Assembly (NCBI GenBank): GCA_964534375.1
Contig: CAZHPN010000065.1
Coordinates: 1-28,640 of the forward strand
DNA from: an uncultured bacterium
GTDB lineage: Bacteria > Lernaellota > Lernaellaia > Lernaellales > Lernaellaceae
Length of the DNA: 28,640 nt
Direction: 5' to 3'
Shown here in pieces: positions 16,578-25,093 of this stretch. Position numbers and translations under genes: made by a program. The first letter of the stretch is position 1; every line of letters starts with the position of its first letter. The notes under the pieces were generated by a model. The model saw only the letters and a list, made by a program, of their open reading frames with translations. It did no database searches and was not told the DNA's origin.

Positions 16578-18335
16578 ATGCGCATCGCGTTTCATTTGGC
16601 GGGCGGGCCGCGCGACGGCGGCGATTTTGCGCCGCTGGGCTTCGGCTATCTGGCGGCGTATTTGCGCGAGGAAGGCGTCGACGCCAAGTGCAGCGTCGAG
16701 CCCGACCTCGAAGCGCTCCTCGCCGTCGATCCCGATGTCGTGGCGATTTCCTGCTCGTCGCCGAACTACGGCCTGGCGCTGGCGGCCGCGCGACTGTTGC
16801 GTGAGCGCTGCCGCGCCGCGATCGTCGCCGGCGGGCCGCATCTCACGCTGCTGCCGGCGAGCTTTCAGCCCGTCTTCGACGCCGGCGTAGTCGGCGAATG
16901 CGAAGAAACGTTCGCGCATCTGCTGGCCGTGTTCGAGCACACGGGCGCGCTTGACGCCGCCGATTTGGCGAATGTGCCCGGCCTCGTTTATTGGGCGGAT
17001 GGCGCGCCGGCGCTGACCGCCGCGCGGCCGCCGATCGAGCCGCTGGACGGGATCCCGGCGCCGGACCGCGCGATCCTGCCGCGTGCGCGTTTTCAACACA
17101 TCGTCACCGGTCGCGGCGGCTTGCCGGGGTCGCGCGCATTCGCCAAGTGGGGCGGCATCCGCCTCTTCAGCGCGGACCGCACGGCGGCCGAGTTGCTCGA
17201 TTTGATTCGCGAGGGCTATCGGCGCGTCCACATTTTTGACGACACGTTCGTCGACGACCCTGAGCGGCTCATCCGCATCGCCGACGTTCTCGAAGAAGAA
17301 GAGGCGCTCGGCGCGGCCAAACTGATGTGCACGGCGCCAGTCGAGGCCTTGACCGATTCGCTTGTCGAGATGCTCGTGCGCCTCGGCGTCGACGCGGTGT
17401 CGGTGCGCCTGCCGCACTTCGAGGAGTCCGCGGCGCGCGCGGCTTTGGCGCGGCTCGACGAGTACAACGTCGCCGGCCGCATCCTGACAGCGGTCGGCGC
17501 GCCGGCGGAGACGCCCGCGGAAATGCGCCGGACGTTCGCTTTCCTCGCCGAGCAGGCGGTGCAGGGCCGGCTCGCGGACGCGCGGGTCGGCATCGCGGTG
17601 CCGGCGCCCGGCGATGACACGTGGGATCTCGCGGTCGAACGCGGCCTGATCGGCGACCTCACGGCCTTTGACTGGTCGCGGCTCGGCGCGCCGTGGCGCG
17701 GTCTGCTGCTCAATCCGCACGTGGCGGCCCACGCCGGCCGGTTGGTCGACTGGAGCCGCTATCTGGCGGCGATCTTCGCCGCGTTGCGTCGGCCGACGGT
17801 AATCGTCGCGCCCGATGAAATCGATCTGGATTTGGAGGCCGACCCCAGCGCCGTGCGCGCGGTATTTCTTTTGGCCGACGAGCCGGGCGTCGCCGAGGCG
17901 ATCGACAGCGACGAGATCGACCTGGCGCGCTTCGGACCGGCGGAAATGCGCCGGCAGTTGCAGGATTTGGTCGACCGATTCGGCGGCGCCCCGCTGGTCA
18001 TGTTCGCGCCGGACCCGCGGCAGGCGACGCCCGCGGTGACGCGCGCCTGCAAGCTCGCGTTGACGCTGCGGCAGGCCAAGTTCGTGCGTTCGCGCGCCGG
18101 CGCGTTTCCGCTGCTGACCACGTGCGCCGAGGCGCTACGGCTCGATGACGCGCATTTCGCCGCTCTCGTTCGCGGCGATGAGAGTGCGGCGCCCGACGAC
18201 GTTGTCGTCGCCGAGCCGCAGGAATTGCGCCGCTTACCCGCCGCCGATTTCGACGCGCCGCACGCGTTCGCCGGCGATCCAATCGCGTTGTTCGACGAAC
18301 TCGCCGCGTCGTTTGCGCCGCCGCGCGAGCGGTAA
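16578..18335 (+). CDS. B12-binding-domain radical-SAM-like protein lacking the CxxxCxxC motif, with an acidic C-terminal extension
   Basis: GGGAG RBS; cobalamin-binding domain (PLGFGYLAAYL, PDVVAIS, IVAGGPH, VVGECEETF); LDGIPAPDR; DDTF; GAPAET. The expected tsRGCPxxCxFC position reads TGRGGLPGSRAFA. Confidence 0.75.
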   Translation: MRIAFHLAGGPRDGGDFAPLGFGYLAAYLREEGVDAKCSVEPDLEALLAVDPDVVAISCSSPNYGLALAAARLLRERCRAAIVAGGPHLTLLPASFQPVFDAGVVGECEETFAHLLAVFEHTGALDAADLANVPGLVYWADGAPALTAARPPIEPLDGIPAPDRAILPRARFQHIVTGRGGLPGSRAFAKWGGIRLFSADRTAAELLDLIREGYRRVHIFDDTFVDDPERLIRIADVLEEEEALGAAKLMCTAPVEALTDSLVEMLVRLGVDAVSVRLPHFEESAARAALARLDEYNVAGRILTAVGAPAETPAEMRRTFAFLAEQAVQGRLADARVGIAVPAPGDDTWDLAVERGLIGDLTAFDWSRLGAPWRGLLLNPHVAAHAGRLVDWSRYLAAIFAALRRPTVIVAPDEIDLDLEADPSAVRAVFLLADEPGVAEAIDSDEIDLARFGPAEMRRQLQDLVDRFGGAPLVMFAPDPRQATPAVTRACKLALTLRQAKFVRSRAGAFPLLTTCAEALRLDDAHFAALVRGDESAAPDDVVVAEPQELRRLPAADFDAPHAFAGDPIALFDELAASFAPPRER

Positions 18336-18558
18336 GCATCAAGGTGGCGATAACGCCGCTCGCCGGTCGGTCCGGCCGGTCCGACTTTTCCGATCCGGTG
18401 GACGCCGCGCCGGGCGCAGCCCGGTGTTGATGGGATTTTTGCGTTCGTCGGCCCCGGATTAGCCGCTTTTCACCAATTCTTATCGTGACTACAATGAACT
18501 ACTAACAAAGCGGCGGTAGAGGATGATGAGAAAAGCGCAGCCAGAGGTGGAGAAGGTC

Positions 18559-19245
18559 ATGCCGAAGCCATGCATTTTGGTGGTCGATGACGAGGAGGAC
18601 ATCCTCGAGTTGGTTCATTACAACCTGGCCAAGGAGGGCTATCAGGTGGAAACGGTCGCCACCGGCGAGGAAGCGCTCGCGGCCGCGCGGCGCCGCAAGC
18701 CGGACCTGGTGCTGCTTGATCTGATGCTGCCCGGCCTCGACGGACTCGAGGTGTGCAAGAAATTGAAGGCCGACCCGGCGACCGCGCCGATACCGATTGT
18801 CATGCTCACCGCCAAGGGCGAGGACGCGGACATTGTCGCCGGCCTCGAACTCGGCGCCGACGACTACATTACCAAACCGTTCAGCCCGCGGGTGCTGACC
18901 GCCCGCGTGCGGGCGGCGTTGCGGCGGCGGCGCGTCGAACCGCCGACCGGCGACTCGGTTTTCCGGACGCGCGAAATCTCGATCGACCTGGGCCGGCACG
19001 AGGTGCGCGTCGCAAACCAACCGGTCGAACTCACCGCGACCGAATTCAACATTCTGCATTTTCTGGCCTTGCGCGCGGGTTTGGTGTTCACGCGCGGGCA
19101 AATCATCGACGCCGTCAAAGGTTCGGATTACCCAGTCACGGAACGCAGCGTGGATGTGCAGATCGTCAACCTCCGCCGCAAACTGGGCGACGCGGGCGAC
19201 GATATCGAGACAGTGCGGGGCGTCGGCTATCGCTTGAAAGAGTAA
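18559..19245 (+). CDS. OmpR/PhoB-family response regulator (PhoB/PhoP-like)
   Basis: ILVVDDEEDI, LLDLMLPG (phospho-Asp), MLTAKGE, GADDYITKPFSPR, winged helix RSVDVQIVNLRRKL..IETVRGVGYRL. Confidence 0.95.
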   Translation: MPKPCILVVDDEEDILELVHYNLAKEGYQVETVATGEEALAAARRRKPDLVLLDLMLPGLDGLEVCKKLKADPATAPIPIVMLTAKGEDADIVAGLELGADDYITKPFSPRVLTARVRAALRRRRVEPPTGDSVFRTREISIDLGRHEVRVANQPVELTATEFNILHFLALRAGLVFTRGQIIDAVKGSDYPVTERSVDVQIVNLRRKLGDAGDDIETVRGVGYRLKE

Positions 19246-19262
19246 GGGCCGGGGCTGCCGGC

Positions 19263-19751
19263 TTATTCCGCGGCGCCGCCGGGCTTTTTCCGCGGGACGT
19301 TGAAGCGCCGGCGGGTGCGCACGGCCGGGCCGCTCAACCACGTCGGGTCGAACGTTTTCATCACCACGCGCCAATCGGCTTCGTCTTTGACTCGATGCAT
19401 CGAGAACAAACGCGGCTTGGCGAAATCGTAGGCGATCGCCGCCGATCCGTCTTCCAATTCGAACGCGGTCGCGCGGAACAGATCGGGCCGGCTTTCGAGG
19501 TGCTTGATCAAATCGCCGTCGTCATCAGTCGAGAGTTCTTCCAGTTCCTGCCCGGACGGGAGAACCATGGTGTTGGGAGAAAGCAACTCGGCCTCAACCG
19601 CGCTCATCGCCGGATTGCCCAGGTGCATCATCACGTACAGCGGCACGGAGCCCGGCTGGGCGAGGAAATGACCGAGGTCAGCCTGTGGAAATTGGTCGAT
19701 CTCTCGCACCAAGTCGGTCTTGATAAACACGCGCCGGCGATTTTCAACCAT
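19263..19751 (-). CDS. Hypothetical protein (162 aa)
   Basis: AAGGAG RBS before ATG, an upstream sigma70-like promoter, and a normal globular-protein composition. Confidence 0.7.
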   Translation of the reverse strand: MVENRRRVFIKTDLVREIDQFPQADLGHFLAQPGSVPLYVMMHLGNPAMSAVEAELLSPNTMVLPSGQELEELSTDDDGDLIKHLESRPDLFRATAFELEDGSAAIAYDFAKPRLFSMHRVKDEADWRVVMKTFDPTWLSGPAVRTRRRFNVPRKKPGGAAE

Positions 19752-19796
19752 CTTCGCTCCTTGCCTCCCGGATCTTTGACTCGGCCTTCCAGCCGA

Positions 19797-19825
19797 AAGC
19801 TAAAGGCGTTTTGCAGAAAAATCAA
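19797..19825 (-). promoter_or_regulatory. Putative sigma70 promoter for the 162-aa hypothetical gene
   Basis: Minus strand TTGATT-N17-TAGCTT, ~45 nt upstream of the ATG. Confidence 0.5.
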
Positions 19826-19998
19826 GCAGTTTCGGCGCCCGGACGTCTGGACGACAAAACGCCCGGCGCCGATCGTTCAGTGAAAAGAACAAATCGCGAT
19901 TCTTCAATCGTTTGCAAGTCATCATGCCGGAGTCCTGCGTGCACTGCCTCCAGGCTGGACACGCTGGCGCCCGGCGGCTAATATCCGGCCACAAATTC

Positions 19999-20046
19999 GC
20001 CCCTCACTTGATTGCCTTCGGGATGCGGGTGGGGTTCGTTTTTTTC
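19999..20046 (+). terminator. Terminator-like hairpin upstream of lpxA
   Basis: Long imperfect stem closed by a cUUCGg tetraloop (20016-20021) followed by TTCGTTTTTTT. Confidence 0.5.
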
Positions 20047-20112
20047 AGATCGCGCCATTTCACCAACCGCGGGCAGCGCAGAGGGCAGGGGCCTTCCAGG
20101 GAGCCTTGACGC

Positions 20113-20898
20113 GTGCGGAATATTCATCCGACAGCGATCGTCGATCCGGCCGCCGAATTGGGCGAGGATGTCGACATCGGTCCGTTTTGCGTCGTCGAAC
20201 GCGACGTAAGAATTGGCGACCGCACTGTTCTGCAGGCGCGGTCGATGGTCCGGCGCTGGACGGAACTCGGCGCGGACAACAAGCTGCTGCCCGGGGCGGT
20301 CCTCGGCGGCGACCCGCAGCATCTGGCGTATAAAGGTGAGCGCACCGACCTGCGCATCGGCGCCGGCAATTGGTTCGGCGAACACGTCACGATGCACCGC
20401 GCCAGCAAGCCGGAGTCGGCGACCGTCATCGGCGACAACAACTATTTCATGGCCTATGCGCACGTCGGCCACGACTGCCATTTGGGCGATCGCATCGTCA
20501 TGACCAACTACAGCGGGTTGGCCGGCCACTGCGTCATCGAGGACCGCGCGCTGCTCGCCGCCTACTCCGGCGCGCATCAGGGCGTGCGGGTCGGCCGCAT
20601 GGCGATGCTCGGCGCCGGCGGGCTGGTCGGGCAGGATGTGCTGCCATATCTCGTCGTGCAGGGCACGCCGGCCGGGCCGCGAGGCCTGAATACGATCGGC
20701 ATGCAGCGCAACGGCGTGCCGGCCGAAACGCGCCGCGTGCTTCAGGAAGCCTATCGCATTCTGTTTATGTTGAAGCTCAGTTTGCCGAACGCCGTGGCGA
20801 AGCTGCAGGCCGAATTGCCGGACCTGCCCGAATTGCGGCACTGGCTGGAGTTCATCGCCCAAAGCAAGCGGGGCATCGCCCGCAGGAGAACCTCGTGA
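20113..20898 (+). CDS. lpxA: Acyl-ACP--UDP-N-acetylglucosamine O-acyltransferase
   Basis: IHPTAIVDP hexapeptide repeats; GGDPQH; MAYAHVGHDC (catalytic His); LAGH; HQ; QDVLPY; GLNTIGMQR; AGGGAG RBS, GTG start. Confidence 0.96.
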   Translation: MRNIHPTAIVDPAAELGEDVDIGPFCVVERDVRIGDRTVLQARSMVRRWTELGADNKLLPGAVLGGDPQHLAYKGERTDLRIGAGNWFGEHVTMHRASKPESATVIGDNNYFMAYAHVGHDCHLGDRIVMTNYSGLAGHCVIEDRALLAAYSGAHQGVRVGRMAMLGAGGLVGQDVLPYLVVQGTPAGPRGLNTIGMQRNGVPAETRRVLQEAYRILFMLKLSLPNAVAKLQAELPDLPELRHWLEFIAQSKRGIARRRTS

Positions 20899-21860
20899 AC
20901 GACAAACAACGGCTGCGCGTCGCCGTCGTCGGCGTCGGCCACATGGGCCGCTACCACGTCGGCGCCTACAGCGAGATCCACAATGTCGACGTCGTCGGCG
21001 TCTGCGACATCGATGCGGCCCGCGCCGCCCAGGCCGCCGCGCCCTTCAACTACCCGACCTACACCGACTACCGCGACCTCTTCGGCAAGACCGACGTCGT
21101 CACCGTCGCCGCGACCACCGAAATGCACTACGCGATCACCAAGGATTTTCTCGAGCACGACATCCACGTGCTGCTGGAAAAGCCGATCGCGCCGACGCTC
21201 GGCGAGGCCGAGGCGCTGTTCGAGTTGGCGGCGAAGCGCCATCTTGTGCTGCACGTCGGCCACGTCGAGCGGTTCAACGGCGCCGTGCAGGAATTGAAGA
21301 AGATCGTCGTCGAACCGATTCTCGTCGAAAGCCGGCGCGTCGGCCCGTGGACCGGCCGCAGCGTGGTCACCGGCGTCGTGATGGACCTGATGATCCACGA
21401 CATCGACATCGTGCTGAACCTCGTCGATCAGCCCGTCGTCGAGCTGGAGGCGCTCGGCCGCAAGGTGCGCAGCGATTACGAAGACCTGGTGACCGTGCAG
21501 ATGCGCTTCGCCGACGGCGCGCTGGCGACGATGCTGGCCAGCCGCGTCACCGAGGAGAAGTTCCGCACGCTGGGCATCCACCAGCCCGACGCGTACATCA
21601 TGTTGGACTACAGCACGCAGGATATCCAAATTCACCGGAGCACCAGCAGCAGCACGCAGGTGGGCGACAACCATTTGAAATATCGGCAGGAGAGCATCGT
21701 CGAACGGGTGTTTATCCATAAGGGCAATCCGCTGAAATTCGAAATCCAGCATTTCCTCGACAACGTCACCGGCGCCAACGGCCGCTTGATCGGCGTCGAG
21801 CGCGAACTGCGCAGCTTCAAGGTCGCGCTGCAAGTCGCGGAGATGGTCCGCGGGAAGTGA
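20895..21860 (+). CDS. Gfo/Idh/MocA oxidoreductase, probable GnnA-type UDP-GlcNAc 3-dehydrogenase
   Basis: GTGA overlap with lpxA; VAVVGVGHMG, LLEKPIA, VGHVERFN, DLMIHDID. Position next to lpxA matches gnnA. Confidence 0.85.
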   Translation: MNDKQRLRVAVVGVGHMGRYHVGAYSEIHNVDVVGVCDIDAARAAQAAAPFNYPTYTDYRDLFGKTDVVTVAATTEMHYAITKDFLEHDIHVLLEKPIAPTLGEAEALFELAAKRHLVLHVGHVERFNGAVQELKKIVVEPILVESRRVGPWTGRSVVTGVVMDLMIHDIDIVLNLVDQPVVELEALGRKVRSDYEDLVTVQMRFADGALATMLASRVTEEKFRTLGIHQPDAYIMLDYSTQDIQIHRSTSSSTQVGDNHLKYRQESIVERVFIHKGNPLKFEIQHFLDNVTGANGRLIGVERELRSFKVALQVAEMVRGK

Positions 21861-21868
21861 ATTGAGAC

Positions 21869-21991
21869 TTTAAACACGGAGAGCACAGAGAATGGCGCAG
21901 AAGGCACAGAGAAGACACAGCGGCAATATTGGAACACAACAATATTTTCTCTGTGTCCACTGTGTGCCCTCTGTGTTCTCTGTGTCTAAAA
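21869..21991. repeat. ~120-bp imperfect palindrome built from CACAGAG units (REP/MITE-like)
   Basis: Left arm TTTAAACACGGAGAGCACAGAG...AATATTG; right arm CAATATT...CTCTGTGTTCTCTGTGTCTAAA; much more AT-rich than the flanking genes. Confidence 0.85.
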
Positions 21992-22006
21992 TTCCAACAC
22001 CGACCC

Positions 22007-22834
22007 ATGTCGCCGCCAACTGACAAACCCCTGGGCATCCTCGCCGGCGGCGGACGCCTGCCGTTGCTGGCCGCGCGGGCCGTGGCGGCGCGCGGGCGGC
22101 CGGTCGTCGCGGTGCAGTTCGCGGAAACCGGCCAGCGCGGCCTGGCGCGGCAGTTGCCGCAGGGCGCGGCGACCTTCAGCCTGGGGCTCGTCGGCGCGAT
22201 GCTCGAACACTTCCGCGCGCACGGCGTCGAGGATCTGCTCTTTCTCGGCAAGGTCGAGAAGGGGCTCAATTTCGCCGATATTCGGTTCGACGACGTCGGT
22301 TTGGCGATGCTCCAGCGCCTGCCGGGCCGGGCCGACGGCGCAATCTTCGCCGTCGTCGCCGAGGAACTCGAGGCGCGCGGCTTCCACATCGCTTCGCAGG
22401 CCGCGGAGTTGGCCGAGTGGCTCGCGCCGGAGGGCCATTTGGCCGGGCCGGCGCTGCATTCGAGCCGCGCCGCAGACGTTGCGCGGGGCTTCGAGGTGGC
22501 GGCGGCGCTGGCCGCGTACGACGTCGGCCAGACAGTCGCGATCAAAAACGGCGTGGTCGTCGCGGTCGAGGCGTTCGAGCACACCGACGCCTGCCTGCGC
22601 CGGGCGGGCCGGCTCGCGGGCAAGGGCCTCGTCGTCTGCAAGACCGCGCGGCCGAAACAGGACCCGCGCTTCGACGTGCCGGCCGTGGGGCCGGACACGC
22701 TGAAGACCTTGGGCCGGCTCGCCGCCGCGGGCCTCGCGATCGAAGCCGGGCGCACGTTTTGGCTGGAGCAGGAGAAATGCCGCGAATTGGCGGCGCAGTT
22801 CGGGGTCAGCGTGATCGGCGGCCGACGCCGTTAA
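22007..22834 (+). CDS. lpxI: UDP-2,3-diacylglucosamine diphosphatase LpxI (DUF1009)
   Basis: LGILAGGGRLP, DVGQTV, AVEAFEHTD, K.ARPKQDPRFDVPAVG, LAIEAGRT; lipid A operon context. Confidence 0.92.
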   Translation: MSPPTDKPLGILAGGGRLPLLAARAVAARGRPVVAVQFAETGQRGLARQLPQGAATFSLGLVGAMLEHFRAHGVEDLLFLGKVEKGLNFADIRFDDVGLAMLQRLPGRADGAIFAVVAEELEARGFHIASQAAELAEWLAPEGHLAGPALHSSRAADVARGFEVAAALAAYDVGQTVAIKNGVVVAVEAFEHTDACLRRAGRLAGKGLVVCKTARPKQDPRFDVPAVGPDTLKTLGRLAAAGLAIEAGRTFWLEQEKCRELAAQFGVSVIGGRRR

Positions 22835-22860
22835 CCAGTCAGCCGTTTGGGGTAACAAAA

Positions 22861-24525
22861 ATGCGACGCAGTTTGTTGGTCATCGCGTTGATCGTGTCGG
22901 CGGCTGTGGCCGTGACCGCCGGCGCCTGGGCCGACGACAGCCAGACGACTTCCGCCGGCGCCCAGGCGACGCCGGCGCCCGCGCCCGCGGCCGAGTCCTC
23001 GCCGGAACCCGCCGCGGCGCCGCCGGCGCCCACCGCAGCCGACAATCAGAAGGAAATCGAACGGCTGCAGGCCGAGATTGCCGCTTTGGAGAAGCGCCTG
23101 GCCAGCGTCGAGGGCAACGTGGCGAAGAACTGGGACCCGAATCGCGACGGCGTGCGGCTCGGCGAGAAAATCTGGTTCACGTTCCACGGCGAATTCCGCA
23201 GCCGCGCGATTATCGAGGCCAACACGAAAAACGCCTACACCAACTATGCCGGCGAGCGCCTGTACGCCTACGATCCGAAATCGACGCTGGAGAACGATTA
23301 CGGCTGGTGGGATTCGCGGCTCCAGGTGCGCACCGGGTTCAACTTCGCCAACCGCGCCGAACTGGTGGCGATGATCCAGTTCGGCGACGTCAATTGGGGT
23401 TCGCAAACGGCGGCGTTCGGCGAGTCGGGCACGTCGATTTACGACAAGCCGATGCCCTATTTCCGCGAACTGTACGCCCGGGTCTCGATGGACCCGATCC
23501 CGATGACGCTCGTCTTCGGCCGCGTCCCGATCGACTTCATCGGCAATCGGCTGATCATCGGTTACGAGCACAACGGCGCCTACACCTACTTCGGCCCGCG
23601 TTGGCTGCAATTCGGCTTTGGCGGCTTCCGCGACTACGAGGGCGAACCGTATGAGTACGGCAAACGCTATAACGACGACGAAGACATGTTCCTCGCGTGG
23701 CTCAACACCGTGCCGGCCGCGGGGCAAAAACTCCAGTTCTTCGGTTGGATGCGAGACCTGATCGTCGCGGCCAAGCCCGTGCAGCTCGATCAGACGAGCC
23801 CCTTGTACAGTTTGCCCGGCTTCACGCAGGACAAGTACACCGGCCAGAACGGGCAAGTGTGGGACGTCGGCGTCAATTGGGTCGGCGACTTCGGCCCCGT
23901 GACCCTCAACGCCGAAATCGACCAGGAGATCGGCGTGCTGCCCGCGTCGCATTCGGCCGCCGCGGACGGCGCGCGGGACATTCACTTCAATGGCCGCGCC
24001 GCGTTTCTGAAGACGGATTGGCACGTCGACAACCTCGACTGCCTCGCGTTGACCGGCGGTTACGGCTCGGGCGACAATCCGAAATCCCAGAACTACTCGG
24101 GCTTTTGGGCGCCGGACAACGAGTACATCATCCGCGACTTTTACCGCGAAGAACCGATCCAGCGCGGCACGTTCATGGTCTACAATTCGATCGCGCCGGG
24201 CGCGGGCGTGCCGGGCGCGTTGAAGCAGAACCTGGGCACGGGCGGCATCGAGAATACGATCTTCGCCAACCTCGCCGCCGACCTCGGCATTCAGGACAAC
24301 CACCACTATTACATCAGTTGGGGCTACATCCGCGCGGCGGAGCCGAATCCGGTGACGCATTCGGCGGACATCGGCTGGGAAATGGACGCGCGCGTCGACT
24401 ACCTGTTCAACTCCAACGTGACGTTCTCGATTTACGGCGGGCATTTGTTCATGACGGGCAATTATTTCCGCGAGCACGCGCACGACGCCGCGGCGATCTT
24501 CTTCGAATGGAAACTGTCGTGGTGA
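22861..24525 (+). CDS. Outer-membrane beta-barrel protein (porin/alginate-export-like) with an N-terminal Pro/Ala linker and coiled coil
   Basis: Signal peptide (AWA-DD); coiled coil QKEIERLQAEIAALEKRL; FHGEFRSR; aromatic-rich alternating strands; DIGWEMD; terminal aromatic strand FFEWKLSW. Confidence 0.8.
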   Translation: MRRSLLVIALIVSAAVAVTAGAWADDSQTTSAGAQATPAPAPAAESSPEPAAAPPAPTAADNQKEIERLQAEIAALEKRLASVEGNVAKNWDPNRDGVRLGEKIWFTFHGEFRSRAIIEANTKNAYTNYAGERLYAYDPKSTLENDYGWWDSRLQVRTGFNFANRAELVAMIQFGDVNWGSQTAAFGESGTSIYDKPMPYFRELYARVSMDPIPMTLVFGRVPIDFIGNRLIIGYEHNGAYTYFGPRWLQFGFGGFRDYEGEPYEYGKRYNDDEDMFLAWLNTVPAAGQKLQFFGWMRDLIVAAKPVQLDQTSPLYSLPGFTQDKYTGQNGQVWDVGVNWVGDFGPVTLNAEIDQEIGVLPASHSAAADGARDIHFNGRAAFLKTDWHVDNLDCLALTGGYGSGDNPKSQNYSGFWAPDNEYIIRDFYREEPIQRGTFMVYNSIAPGAGVPGALKQNLGTGGIENTIFANLAADLGIQDNHHYYISWGYIRAAEPNPVTHSADIGWEMDARVDYLFNSNVTFSIYGGHLFMTGNYFREHAHDAAAIFFEWKLSW

Positions 24526-24618
24526 CGCGCGGGCGCGAACCGCGCACTTGACCGGAACGCGCCGGCGGCGTGAAATGCATCCGCGTGGGCGATAGTGAAG
24601 GGACAACGGAGGAAACCG

Positions 24619-25077
24619 ATGCGTCGTTCGACCGTCTTGTTGCTGATCGCACTGGCGCTCGCGGCGTCGACCGCGGCGTGCGGGTGGCGGTCGTCCGGCT
24701 ACGCGAACGATTTTCCGGAAGAAGACTGGGGCAATTACGACTACGTGCTGCGCGGCCCGGCGCCGATCGCGCATTATCCCAAGACCGTCGTGGAATTGAA
24801 CGTCAACGACGACGGCACGGTCGACGGCGTGGTGTCGAGCATCATCTGGTCGCAGTTCACCGGCGCCCTCAGCGGTGAGACGCTGACCCTGAATCTGGCG
24901 TTCTCCGACCCGGCCTGCGCCGGCGAATCGCACGGCGAATTCTGCGGCCAGTTCACCGGCAAAACGCTGGCCGGCACGTTCGAAATCCAATCCTGCCAAT
25001 GGTACTCGTTTGCTTTCGACGGCGGGCTGGTCGGCGGGCGCGACTGGACGCCGGCGGACGGCGAAGGAACGCCATGA
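24619..25077 (+). CDS. Lipoprotein of unknown function (152 aa)
   Basis: GGAGG RBS, ATG 24619; signal peptide II MRRSTVLLLIALALAASTAAC; acidic, beta-rich mature domain. Confidence 0.75.
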   Translation: MRRSTVLLLIALALAASTAACGWRSSGYANDFPEEDWGNYDYVLRGPAPIAHYPKTVVELNVNDDGTVDGVVSSIIWSQFTGALSGETLTLNLAFSDPACAGESHGEFCGQFTGKTLAGTFEIQSCQWYSFAFDGGLVGGRDWTPADGEGTP

Positions 25078-25093
25078 CGGCCGCGGGAGCATA

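Noticed and set aside
18366..18389. GTCGG..CCGAC hairpin plus TTTT after the radical-SAM-like gene
   Set aside because: Short stem with mismatches and only four T; too weak to call a terminator or a repeat element.
21869..21991. Possible CRISPR array in the repeat regions (also 5606-5836, 16438-16528)
   Set aside because: Units are 7-9 nt, tandem or inverted, with no unique spacers and no cas genes.
22861..25077. LptD/LptE identity for the OMP-lipoprotein pair
   Set aside because: The barrel region (~450 aa) is short for LptD and lacks an N-terminal beta-jellyroll; no recognisable LptE pattern.
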